64,000 nucleotides of DNA from Mobula hypostoma (lineage: Eukaryota): assembly GCF_963921235.1 (NCBI RefSeq), contig NC_086097.1, positions 199,828,001 through 199,892,000 on the forward strand. The letters are read 5' to 3'. Positions 28,401-41,069 of this stretch are shown one piece after another. The notes under the pieces were generated by a model. It did not search any database. It was not told where the DNA came from and saw only the letters and a list, made by a program, of their open reading frames with translations. How positions within the stretch are numbered: the stretch's first letter is position 1; each line of letters begins with the position of its first letter. A program made the translations under genes and the position numbers.

Positions 28401-29585
28401 CTGCTACATTACCCACCCTTTCTGTAGCTGTAATAGTATCCCTGACCAGTAATGCCACCCCTCCTCCCCTTTTTCTGCCCTCTCTATCCCTTTTAAGGCA
28501 CTGAGATCCAGGAATATTGAGAATCCATTCCTGTCCTGGTGCCAGCGAAGTCCCTGTAATGGCCACTACATCATAATTCCATGTATGTATCCAAGCTCTC
28601 AGTTCATCACCTTTGTTCCTGATGCTTCTTGCATTGAGGTACACACATTTCAGCCCTTCTACCTTACTGTCTTTACACCATTTATTCTGCTTCTCTTTCC
28701 TCCAAGCCTCTCTGTATGTTAGATCTGGCTTTACTCCATGCACTTCGTTCACTGCTCTATCGCTCTGGGTCCCATCCCCCTCGCAAATTAATTTAAACCC
28801 TCCCGAACCATGCTAGCAAACCTACCTGCAAGGACGTTGTTTGTCAATAATTTAGATAGAGAAATTGAAGGCTTTATGGCAAAGTTTGAGGATGATATGA
28901 AGATAGGTTGGGGGGGTAGGTAGTGCTGTGGAAGCAATGCAGTTGTAGCAGGACTTAGACAAATTGGAAGAATGGGCAAAAAAGTGGCAGATGGAATACA
29001 GTGTTGGAAATTGTGTGATGCATTTTGGTAAAAGGAACAATAGTTTGGACTATTACCTAAAATGGGGAGAATGTTCGAACATCAGAGGTGCAGAGAGACT
29101 TGGGAGTCTTCATGCAACACTCTCAGAAGATTAATTTACAAGTTGAGTCTGTGGTAAAGAAGGCAAATGCAGTGTTGGCATTTACTTCAAGGGGAGTAGA
29201 ATATAAAAGCAAGAAAATAATGCTGAGCCACTATAAGGCACCAGTCAGGCCACACTTAGAGCATTGCCAACAGTTTTGGGCTTCATATCTCAAAGTCCAG
29301 AGGAAGTTCACGATGATTCCAGGAATGAAGGGGTTAACATATGAGGAACATTTGGCAGCTTTGGGCCTGTACTCACTGGAATTTAGGAGAATGTGTGGAG
29401 ATCTCATTGAAACCTCCCAAATGTTGAAAGGACTAGATAGAGAGGATGTGGAGAGGATGTTTCCTATGGTAGGGGCACTCAGAACTGAGGGGAAACTATT
29501 TAGAACAGAGGTAAGGAGGAACGTTTTTAGCCAGAGAGTAGTTAATCTGTGGAATGCTCTGCCACAAACTACAGTGGAGGCCTAA
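25495..29585 (+). mobile_element. CR1 LINE RT fragment interrupted by a 3-kb antisense CR1
   Basis: YLDFQNAFDKVPH...ttcacatt (25808) resumes at about 28837 ttgtttgtcaataatttagat. Confidence 0.85.
25809..28835 (-). mobile_element. Young CR1 LINE: ORF1 end plus near-complete ORF2 with a few frameshifts
   Basis: ORFs 27370-28752 (APE endonuclease YLNARSIRNK, YRPP, GDFN), 26524-27162 (RT, FADD), 25871-26503; highly similar to 41070-44281. Confidence 0.93.
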
Positions 29586-29627
29586 CAAATAACATGCCCT
29601 GTTGGTTGAACCTGTCCTCTGTGAACA

Positions 29628-32233
29628 ACCCATAGAAACCATAGAAACTATAGACACTACAGCCCAGAAACAGGCCTTTTGGCCCTTCTTGGCTGTGCCG
29701 AACCATTTTCTGCATAGTCCCACTGACCTGCACACGGACCATATCCCTCCATACACCTCCCATCCATGTATCTGTCCAATTTATTCTTAAATGTTAAAAA
29801 AGAACCTGCATTTACCACCTCGTCTGGCAGCTCATTCCATACTCCCACCACTCTCTGTGTGAAGAAGCCCCCCCTAATATTCCCTTTAAACTTTTCCCCC
29901 CTCACCCTTAACCCATGTCCTCTGGTTTTTTTCTCCCCTTTCCTCAGTGGAAAAAGCCTGCTTGCATTCACTCTATCTATACCCATCATAATTTTATCAA
30001 ATCTCTATCAAATCTCCCCTCATTCTTCTACGCTCCAGGGAATAAAGTCCTAACCTATTCAACCTTTCTCTGTAACTGAGTTTCTCAAGTCCCGGCAACA
30101 TCCTTGTAAACCTTCTCTGCACTCTTTCAACCTTATTTATATCCTTCCTGTAATTTGGTGACCAAAACTGAACACAATACTCCAGATTCGGCCTCACCAA
30201 TGCCTTATACAACCTCGTCATAACATTCCAGCTCTTATACTCAATACTTTGATTAATAAAGGCCAATGTACTAAAAGTTCTCTTTACGACCTTATCTACC
30301 TGTGACGCCACTTTTAGGGAATTTTGTATCTGTATTCCCAGATCCCTCTGTTCCACTGCACTCCTCAGTGCCTTACCATTAACCCTGTATGTTCTACATT
30401 GGTTTGTCCTTCCAACGTGCAATACCTCATACTTGTTTGTATTAAACTCCATCTGCCATTTTTCAGCCCATTTTTCCAGCTGGTCCAAGTCCCTCTGCAG
30501 GCTCTGAAAACCTTCCTCACTGTCTACTACACCTCCAATCTTTGTATCATCAGCAAATTTGCTGATCCAATTTACCACATTATCATCCAGATCATTGATA
30601 TAGATGGCAAATAATTAATGGACCCAGCACTGATCCCTGTGGCACACCACTAGTCACAGGCCTCCACTCAGAGAAGCAATTCTGTACTACCCCTCTTTGG
30701 CTTCTTCCATTGAGCAAGTGTCTAATCCAATTTACCACCTCTCCATGTATACCTAGCGACTGAATTTTCCTAACTAACCTCCCATGCGGGACCTTGTCAA
30801 AGGCCTTACTGAAGTCCATGTAGACAACTGCCTTCCCTTCATCCACTTTCCTGGTAACCTCCTCGGAAAACTCCAATAGATTGGTCAAACATGACCTACC
30901 ATGCACAAAGCCATGTTGACTCTCCCTAATAAGTCCCTGTCTATCCAAATGCTTGTAAATTCTGTCTCTTAGTACTCCCTCCAATAACTTACCTACTACC
31001 GACGTTAAATTTACTGGCGTATAATTTCCCAGATTACTTTTCAATCCTTTTTTAAACAACGGAACAACATGAGCCACTCTCCAATCCTCCGGCACCTCAC
31101 CTGTAGACAGCGACATTTTAAATATTTCTGCCAGGGCCCCCGCAATTTCAACACTAGTCTCCTTCAAGGTCCGAGGGAACACCCTGTCAGGTCCTGGGAA
31201 TTTATTCACTTTAATTTTCCTCAAGACAGCAAGGTCCTCCTCCTTTTCGATCTGTACAGTTTCCATGATCTCACTACTTGTTTCCCTTAATTCCATAGAC
31301 TTCATGCCAGTTTCCTTAGTAAATACAGACGGAAAAAACCTATTTAAGATCTCCCCCATTTCCTTTGGTTCCGCACATAGCCGACCACTCTGATCTTCAC
31401 CAATTTTATCCCTTACAATCCTTTTGCTCTTAATATACCTGTAAAAGCTCTTTGGATTATCCTTCACGTTGACTGCCAAGGCAACCTCATGTCTTTTAGC
31501 CATCCTGATTTCTTTCTTAAGTATTTTCTTGCACTTCTTATACTCCTCAAGCACCTTATTTACTCCCTGCTTCCTATACATGTTATACAACTACCTCTTC
31601 TTCTTTATCAGAGTTGCAATATCCCTTGAGAACCAAGGTTCCTTATTCCTCTTCACTTTGCCTTTAATCCTGACAGGAAACATACAAATTCTGCACTCTC
31701 AAAATTTCTCCTTTGAAGTCTTCCCACCTACCAATCACATCCTTGCCAGAGAACAACCACGCTTTTTTAGATTCTTTCTCATTTCTTCAAATTTGGCCTT
31801 CTTCCAGATAAGAACCTCAACCCTAGGCCCAGATCTATCCTTGTCCATGATCAAGTTGAAACTAATGGTGTTATGATCACTGGAACCAAAGTGCTCCCCT
31901 ACACAGACTTCTGTCACTTGTCCTAACTCATTTCCTAACAGGAGATCCAATATTGCATCCCCTCTAGTTGGTCCCTCTATATATTGATTTAGAAAACTTT
32001 CCTGAACACATTTTACAAACTCTAAACCATCTAGACCCCTAACAGTATGGGAGTCCCAATCAATATATGGAAAATTAAAATCCCCTAACACCACAATTTT
32101 ATGTTTCCTACAGTTGCCTGCTATCTCTCTGCAGATTTGCTCTTCCAATTCTCGTTGACTATTGGGTGGTCTGTAATACAATCCCACTAATGTGGCCATA
32201 CCTTTCCTGTTTCTCAGCTCCACCCATAAGGAC
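29628..32233 (-). mobile_element. CR1 LINE, 5'-truncated within the endonuclease
   Basis: ORFs 31735-32223 (YYRPP, GDFN), 30592-31590, 29997-30578 (FADD); (catagaaac)n tail. Confidence 0.92.
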
Positions 32234-32429
32234 CCTTTTCAGTTGGTTTATCAATGTCCGTCCTTCATAATGTTGGAAATGGGTATGTTCACTGATGAAT
32301 GGATAACATTGAATTCCATTAGCAACTCCTCAGCAAATGACTGCATGGAGCAAGACCTAGAGAACATTCATTAATAAGCATCAATTAACAAGGACATGAC
32401 AGATAATTTGTATCAGGAAGAAGATGAAG

Positions 32430-33170
32430 AGCTTTGTGTCATGGTATCATGACAGCAACCTTTCCCTCGATGTTTACAGAAGAACTGGTCGTTGACTTCA
32501 GAAAGGGTGGTGGTGCATATGCTCCTGACTACATCAATGGTGTTGTTGAATTGAGAGCTTCAATTACCGACTGTAGGTGTGAACATCACCGGTAGCCTGT
32601 CCTGGTCCAAATATGTTGATGTCATAGCCAAGAAAGCTCACCCACACCTTTACTTCAAGAGGATAAACACATTTGGCATATTCCCATCAATCCTAATCAA
32701 TATTTTATCGACATACCATAGAAAACAGTCTGTCCAGATGCATAACATGGTAACTGGCATAGCTCAGTACATCTTCTCGTCCAAGGACTCTGATTATGCT
32801 GGCTGCTTTACTGAGGCAGCGAGCAGTATAGACAAAGTCCCCACCCACCCTGGACATTGTCTCTGCTCCCCTCCCTTTGGGCAGAAGATAGAGAAGCGTG
32901 AAAGCACATACAGTCAGGCTGAAGAACAGCTTCTGCCTCACTGTTGTCATACTGCTGAATGGACCTCTTGTGGGATAATATGGACTCTTGGCCTCATAAT
33001 TTACCTTGTTATGATATTGCACTGTTTCGTTTATCTGCACTTTTCTGTAGCTTTTACACTTTATTCTGTCATTGTTTTACCTTGTGTTGGCTTAATGTGC
33101 TGTGTAATGATTTGATCTGTATCAACAGTATGCAAGATGAGGTTTCCACAGCACCTTGGTACTTTGCAGA
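32430..33170 (+). mobile_element. Degenerate Rex1/Babar-type LINE 3' fragment
   Basis: NITGSLSWSKYVDVIAKKAHPHLYF; PTHPGHCL remnants. Confidence 0.7.
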
Positions 33171-34519
33171 ATGATTGTAGCTCTTGGCCCTCAATTATTT
33201 ACAGCCATTAATAATGACTTGAAGGGAGCGGAGTGTAAGATATCTACATTTACTGATGGATCATGGATTTAATCTAGGAAAGTGTGAAGTAATGCACTTT
33301 GCTAGGAGGAATCAAAAGGCAGATGGCAATCACAATGGAAAAGTATGCAAATGATCACAGCAAATCAGAGTGTGCTTGTGCCTGAAATACAAAGTTATGA
33401 AGGTGTAGCAAATCGTTTAAAAGGCAAATGGCATAGTAAGAGGTTGAAGAAGCCTGATCTGTATTCTTGCCCAGTTCAGTAGAATCAGAGGTGATGTTGT
33501 TAAGACATTTAAAAGGCAGGGTAGGTGTGAAAATATTTCCACTAATGGGAGCGATTCAAGTGAGGGGCATTGTTGGAAGGCAAGCAATCATTTAAAACTG
33601 CATTGTGTGGGAATTCCTTCACACAATAGTTGTGAATTTCTGAGATTCTTTGTTCTGGGGTTGCGGAGAGTTGTCATGCCACAAAAGTGCTGGACAACAA
33701 CTATCTGTAAGAAAGAAATCTAGTCACCTGTTCTTGACATTCAATGGCATAATAATTGTAAAATTACCCACCATCACTGTCCTGGAATGTCACCATTAAC
33801 CAGAAATTCAATTGCATAAATTTCATAGGCACAGGAGCAGACTAGAGACCGTTGCATGATTTACAAGGTACAGTTTAGGAATGTGTTTGAATACTCTTCA
33901 GTTACATAGAGAAGTGCAATACCAGCAACTCTCAAGAAGCTTGATGCATCCAGATGTTGCACACTTGGACACAAAAGGGACTTCCAGGCATGCAGAAGTT
34001 TAAAATAACGTTTTTATTTTCCTTTCTGGAAATACAGGAACACAAGCGCATCGGCTTACCATCACTCACAACACGCTGGAGGAATTCAGCAGGTCGGCTT
34101 ACCATGCATGCTGTGGGGCCGTCTCCACCTACTCCATCACGTGCGCACTCCCGTGCCCCCCAGGACCCCTCAGCTGCCCTCAGCTTTGCCCCTTGTCACC
34201 ATAAACCAACCCACTAAAATATTACCGTTGCTAGTGCAACTGAACATTAATCAAATTGTGAACGAACAAAATAACAAACCAAAGCAATAAAAATAATATG
34301 AACATAATATAAGAAAATTAGGGGGGTATCCAGTGTCCATTAATATGCTCCGCATTACTGTGGGTCCCACACAGAACAAAGCAGTCTGCTCGACTGGCAT
34401 CATTCACTGTATCACTATTGCACGGTAGCTGCTGTATGAACCTTCTCCAGAGCTGCACCACTGTTACGCACCCAGGCACTATCCAATTCTGTGATCTCTA
34501 CCATAAGCACCTGCGGATT

Positions 34520-37030
34520 CCCCTTAAAGTCGTTTATTGGCCACATAGCATCAATTTCATCATCTGGAGTATTAACATATAACATGAATGTTAGTGGATC
34601 CAACACCAGCCCCTGTGAAGCACCACTGGTCACCAGCAGCCAAACAAGAAAAGGCCCCTTTATTCCCACTGTTCCTCTTCAGCCCAGGCTAGTACCTTTC
34701 CTGTATTACCATGGTCTCTTATCCTGTTTAACAGCTTCATGTGCGGCACCTTCTTAAAGACCTTCTGAAAATCCATGTTTGGGAGTGAAAGGGTTAATGT
34801 ATGAGGGGCGGTTGATGGTCCTGGGCCTACATTCTCCGGAGTTTAGACAAATGAGGGAGCTGAAAGGTAATGTTACAGCTATCTAAGACCTCGACCAGAC
34901 TCCACTTTAAGTACTGTGCTCAGTTCTGGTCACCTCACTACAGGAAGGATGTGGAAACTATAGAAATGGTGCAAAGGAGATTTACAAGGATGTTGCCTGG
35001 ATTGGCGAGCATGCCTTATGAAAACAGGTTGAGTGAACTTGGCTTTTTCTCCTTGGAGTGACAGAGGATGAAAGGTGACCTGAGAGAGGCGTATAAGATG
35101 ATGAGAGGCATTGATCGTGTGGATGGTCAGAGGCTTTTTCCCAGGGCTGAAATGGCTAACATGAGAGGGCACAGTTTTAAGGTACTTGGAAGTAGGTACA
35201 GAGGGGACGTCAGGGGTAAGTTTTTTACGCAGAGGGTGGTGAGTGCGTGGAATGGGCTGCCGTGGACTGTGGTGGAGGCGGATGCAATAGGGTCTTTTAA
35301 GAGACTCCTGGATAGGTACACGGAGCTTAGAAAAATAGAGGGCTATGGGTAACCCTGGGTAATTTCTAAAGTAAGTACATGTTCGGCACAGCATTGTAGG
35401 CTGAAGGGCCTGTATTTTGCTATAGATTTTCTGTTTCTAAATCAAGTTGAAAACCACTGGATATTGAAATAGAGTGTTCATGGAGAGGATGTTTCCTATA
35501 GTCTCCCGCTGGAGAGTCTGGAACCAGTAGGCACAGCCTTAGAGTAGATGGATATTCCCATTACAGCAGAGATGATGAGAAATTCTTTGAGGAAATAACA
35601 AGCACAGTAGACAAAGGAGAATCAGTAAATGTTGTGTACTTGGGTTTTCAGAAGGCCTTTGGCAATGTGCCACATATGAGGTTGCTTAACAAGTTAAAAG
35701 CCCATGGTATTATAGGAAAGATACCAGCATGGATGGAGGATTGGGTGATGAGCAGGAGGCAAAGTGTGGGAATAAAGGGGACCTTTTCTGATTGGCTGCT
35801 GGTGACTAGTGGGGTTCCATGGGGGTCAGTATTGGGGCTGCTTCTTTGTACATTATATGTCAATGATTTGGATGACAGAATTGATGGCTTTGTGACCAAG
35901 TTTGTGGATGATATGAAGATAGGTAGAGGGGGCCAGCTAGTGTTTAGGAAGCGGGGAGGCAGTAGAAGGACTTGGACAGATTAGGAGAAGGGTCAAAATG
36001 GGAAATGGAATATAGTGTCGGTAGATGTATGGTCATGCACTTTGTAGAATGAATAAAAGCATAAACGATTTCTAAATGGGGAGAAAATTCAGAAATCCAA
36101 ATTGCAAAGGAACTTGGGAGACCTCGTGCAGGATTCCCTAAAGGTTAACTTGAAGGTTGAGTCAGCGGTGAGGAAGGCAAATGCGATGTTGGCATTCATT
36201 TTGAGAGGGCTAGAATATAAGATCAAGGCTGTAATACTGAGACTTCATAAGGCACTGGTGAGTCCTCACTTGGAGTATTGTGAGCAGTTTTGGGCTGCTT
36301 ATTTAAGAAAGGATGTACTGACATTGAGAGGGTTTGGAGGAGATATACCAAAATGATTCTGGGAATGAAAGGCTTATCATATGAGGAGTGTTTGATGACT
36401 CTGGCTTGTACTCACTGGAATTTATAAGAATGAGAGGGGTTCTCATTGAAACCTATCGAATGATGAAAGGCTTAGATAGAGTGGATACGGAGAGGAGGTT
36501 TCCTATAATGGAGGAGTCTAAGATCCGAGGGCACAGCCTCTGAATAGAGGGACGTCCATTTAGAAAGGAGATGAAGAGGAATTTCTTCAGCTAAAGAGTG
36601 GTGTATTTGTGGAATGCGTTACCACATGCAGCTGTGGAGGCCAAGTCATTGGGTGTGTTTAAGGCGGAGGTTGATAGGTTCTTGATTAGCTAAGGTTTGA
36701 GAGGGAAATGGATCAGCCTTGATGAAATGGCAGAGCAGATTCGATGGGCCGAATTCAGCTCCTAAATCTTACGGTTTAAATTTCTTTTGCCACAGGGTGG
36801 TGGATCTGTAGAAGCTAATGCCCCAGATGGTTGTAGAGATCAAGTTATTTTGTATATTTAAAGCAGAAGTTAATGGACTCTTGTTGAGTTAAGTGTGTCA
36901 AAGGTTACAGGAAGAAGGCAGGACGATGGGGTTGAGGATGAAAGCAAATCAGCCATGATTGAATAGCAGTATAGAGTCCATGAGCTGAATGGCCTAATTC
37001 TGTTCTCATGCCTTTTCATCTTGTGATCCT
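34520..37030 (+). mobile_element. Cluster of nested CR1 fragments (short minus piece 34520-34775; young insert 34860-35440; RT fragment 35590-36775)
   Basis: Several overlapping RT C-terminal ORF pieces and several CR1 3' UTR tails. Confidence 0.8.
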
Positions 37031-37190
37031 AAGTGGTACACAATATAACTTGGTAGAAGCAGGACTCAGTGGAACAACGAGCTTGAAATGAAGATGTCAT
37101 TACAAGAAACTAAAAATAAATTATGAAGCAGCATATCTGACAACTTAATTTTGGTTATAAATGGCACATCCTGTTGTAGTGGGATATATA

Positions 37191-38822
37191 CAGTGGTATG
37201 CAAAAGTTTGGGCATCCCGGTCAAAATTTCTGTTACTGTGAATAGTTAAGTGAGTAGAAGATGAACTGATCTCCAAAAGTCATAAAGTTAAAGATGAAAC
37301 ATTCTTTTCAACATTTTAAGCAAGATTAGTGTATTATTTTTGTTTTGTACAATTTTAGAGTGGAAAAAAAGGAAAGGAACATCATGCAAAAGTTTGGGCA
37401 CCCCAAGAGATTTGAGCTCTCGGATAACTTTTACCAAGGTCTCAGACCTTAATTAGCTTGTTAGGGCTATGGCTTGTTCACAGTCATCATTAGGAAAGGC
37501 CAGGTGATGCAAATTTCAAAGCTTTATAAATACCCTGACTCCTCAAACCTTGTCATGAAACCAAATCAGCAGTCATGGGCTCCTCTAAGCAGCTGCCAAG
37601 CACTCTGAAAATTAAAATGATGCCCACAAAGCAGGAGAAGGCTATAAGAAAATAGCAAAGCATTTTCAGGGAGCCGTTTTCTCAGTTCATAATGTAATTA
37701 AGAAATGGCAGTCAGTAGGAATGATGGAGGTCAAGTTGAGGTCTGGAATACCAAGAAAGCTTTCTGAGAGAACTGCTCGTAGGATTGCTAGAAAGGCAAA
37801 TCAAAACCCCCATTTAACTGCAAAAGGCCTTCAGGAAGATTTAGCAGACTCTGGAGTGGTGGTGCACTGTTCTACTGTGCAGCAATACCTGCACAAATAT
37901 GACCTTAATGGAAGAGTCATCAGAAGAAAACCTTTCTTGCATCCTCACCACAAAATTCAGCGTCAGAAGTTTGCAAAGGAACATCTAAACAAGCCTGATG
38001 AATTTTGGAAACAAGTCCTGTGGACTGATGAAGTTAAAATAGAAATTTCTGGCCGCAATGAGCAAAGGTATGTTTAGAGAAAAAAAAGGTGCAGAATTTC
38101 ATGAAAAGAACACCTCTCCAACTGTTAAGCAGGGGGGTGGATCGATCATGCTTTGGGCTTGTGTTGCAGCCGGTGGCACGGTGAACATTTCACTGGTAGA
38201 GGGAAGAATGAATTCAATTAAATACCAACAAATTCTGGAAGCAAACATCACACCATCTGTAAAAAGAAAATAAAAGCTGAAGATGAAAAGAGGACGGCAT
38301 CTACAACAGGATAATGATCCTAAACATACCTCAAAATCCACAATGGACTACCTCAAGAGGCGCAAGCTGAAGGTTTTGCCATGGCCCTCACAGTCTCCCG
38401 ACCTAAACATCATCGAAAATCTGTGGATAGACCTCAAAAGAGCAGTGCATGCAAGACGGCCTGTGAATCTCACAGAACTAGAAGCCTTTTGCAAGGAAGA
38501 ATGGGCGAAAATCCCCCAAACAAGAATTGAAAGACTCTTAGCTGGCTACAGAAAGTGTTTACAAGCTCTGTTACTTGCCAAAGGGGGTGTTATTAAGTAC
38601 TGACCATGCAGGGTGCTCAAACTTTTGCTTCTGGCCCTATTCCTTTTTCGTTATTTTGAAACTATAAAAGATGGAAATAAGAAAGTAATCTTGCTTAAAA
38701 TATTAAAGAAATGTGTCATCTTTAACTTTATGCCTTTTGGAAATCAGTTCATCGTTTACCAGCTTAGCTATTCACAGTATCAGAAATTTTGACTGGGGTG
38801 CCCAAACTTTTGCATGCCACTG
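37191..38822 (+). mobile_element. Full-length Tc1-family IR-DR DNA transposon with decayed transposase
   Basis: TA|cagtggtatgcaaaagtttgggca ... tgcccaaacttttgcatgccactg|TA; about 210-bp IRs (37191-37404, 38611-38822), each with an inner direct repeat. Confidence 0.95.
37575..38603 (+). pseudogene. Tc1 transposase pseudogene (DD34E)
   Basis: ATG GGC TCC TCT AAG (MGSSKQL), WTDE, QQDNDPKH, SPDLNIIE; 34 residues between the second D and E; broken by frameshifts/stops. Confidence 0.9.
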
Positions 38823-39242
38823 TACATAAATAAACAATAATTTAATTACAAATTTTGGGCCAAGGTAACATGGTTTTAGGCAATAGTTGATTAGTGGCTT
38901 AGCAAAGATATTTTTGTTCTTGCTCTGACATGTTTTGGTATAAGATAGTGAACTAGATTCATAGTTCTGCTCAGAGAAATGGGCCTTTTAGCCCAACTTT
39001 TCCATGTCATCCTGAGCTTGGTACCATTTGTCTACATTTGGCTGGGATCCCTCTACACCTTTCCTATCTATATCCCTGACTAAATGTATTTTAAGCTTTA
39101 TAATTGAAACTGTCTTTACCATTTCCCCGGCAGCTTGTTCCACACGCCCACCACCCCCTCTGTGGGGTGGAAAAAGTTGCCCCCCTCAATTTCCCTTTAA
39201 ATATTTCCCCTCTTACCTTAAACCTACTCCCCCTCGTTTTAG

Positions 39243-39453
39243 CAACACACATAAAAGTTGCTGGTGAACGCCGCAGGCCAGGCAGCATCGCTAGGAAGAG
39301 GTACAGTTGACGTTTCAGGCCGAGACCCTTCGTCCTGACGAAGGGTTTCGGCCTGAAACATCGACTGCACCTCTTCCTAGAGATGCTGCGTTCACCAGCA
39401 ACTTTTATGTGTGTTGCTTGAATTTCCGGCATCTGCAGAATTCCTGTTGTTTG
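39243..39453. mobile_element. 211-bp inverted Penelope terminal-repeat mini-insertion inside a CR1 3' fragment (about 38960-39490, minus)
   Basis: Perfect 14-bp TSD ccccctcgttttag (39229-39242, 39454-39467); head-to-head arms joined at the hammerhead core. Confidence 0.88.
39332..39365 (+). ncRNA. Minimal type-I hammerhead ribozyme motif with intact core
   Basis: gtc-CTGACGA(A)-GGGT ttcg GCCT-GAAA-ca-TC-gac. Confidence 0.7.
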
Positions 39454-40473
39454 CCCCCTCGTTTTAGACTCTTTTTTCCTTGGCGAAAACAAACTGTTTA
39501 TCAGTAGGTAATAAAGACGCACTTTGCATTTTTTTACTGATTTTTTTTTAAAAACGATACTGTTAGATATCAAACCATATTAATAATGGTCCGTGATTCA
39601 GTGTCTCACTGCATTTTTGTATTAACTTTTAAAATTTAAATCTTATCATAAGTAACAGCTTAGTAGAAACTTGGCCCTCCTCTGTGCGACACGATTGTTT
39701 CTTAATTTCTGATTCAGTTGTTCCATCAGCTGTAAAGGCTGATCGCTAACAAAGTTCAGTTAATCCACCACGTTAGTGGTCTGATTTGCATATACATGAG
39801 TATATGTGGAGGAGAGCATCTCTGCAAGATTACTTCATTATACAACCTGCAGTGAGGGTAGTTGGTCCGATCTTAAGTATAATTATCTCAAGCTGTTATC
39901 CTTTGTCCTGCAATCTGCAGACCATTTATCCAGAAATTACATGGTTGAACAGCCAAAGCTACATGTGTACAGTGATGTTTGTGCAGAACCTTAAATTTTG
40001 GGCAATATATTTTAACATTTGCCTTGCAACTAATAGAACATGATTCTGGTATAGCATAAAAAGCATAGATTTATAGAAATTGCATGAGGAGGGTGGGTGT
40101 TGAGATGTTTAAAGTTTCTCTTATTCTTGCTCCAAGACTAATTGCTGTTCTGTCCAAAAATATTTAAGCTGTTGTTAGTAGGAGAATACTGGGCCCTCAG
40201 AACTGTTAATAATTAAGAAGGGAGTCAGTGTAATGTCTCCAAGTTTAACTATAACAGGCTAAGTAGAAAAGTAAGTTGAGAGAGGTGAGGACTGTCTGCA
40301 AAATTATATCAATTTAAGCAGGTCAAATATACAGTAAATATAGAAAATGTTAAGTCTTGTTTAGACTTAGGTTAGTCTTTTGATGTGTGAGAATTTTATT
40401 ACAAAATTTTGTCATTGTGTATTAAAAATTTAACTCATCGTAAAAATGGCTGAACTTGTCAACTTTGTTTTAG

Positions 40474-40582
40474 GCTCTTTTGGGAGCAATCTTCCAGATT
40501 ATCAAAGATCTGAAATAATTATGTTTATTATGGGAAAGGTGCCCACCTTTGATGCTGGAGCCCTGGAGTCGAGCTACTCTGG
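40474..40582 (+). CDS. EFR3A: EFR3A coding exon (109 nt)
   Basis: tttAG|GC TCT TTT GGG AGC...TCT GG|GTaagt; GSFGSNLPDYQRSEIIMFIMGKVPTFDAGALESSYSG. Confidence 0.95.
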
Positions 40583-41069
40583 GTAAGTTGTGATTCTGAC
40601 TTGTGCTTTCTCATTAATAGGTACTGTCATGTGTTACCTTCTGGTTTAGATCAGATATTAAAATATTGTTATCTGGTTGGTTTATGCTTTGGGCATGTTA
40701 GCCACTGCAATCAAATATACCACTAACAGCAAGGTTCATAATGATGGGAAATGTACTGAAGACACTGCACATCCATGCTGTCATATCCATTATGGATCAA
40801 TACCTCAAAGTGAAATGACTTCGTATTGTCCTATCCTTAAAAAATCTTTCTTATTTTGATACTATTTTAACTCCTGCTCCTTTGTTCAGTTTATTTCTTC
40901 TCATTTCACTATTCCTTTCAGTACCTCTGTGTCTGCCAAGTTTAACTCTCCATACCAAGGACTGGCGAATCCCCCTTCAAGGGCTTTGGTCCCAGCTTTG
41001 ATGTCCAATATACCTGGCCAGTGCCGGTGCTATGTTCCTTCGAGCTAGCCTAATACTGCAGGTACTAGG

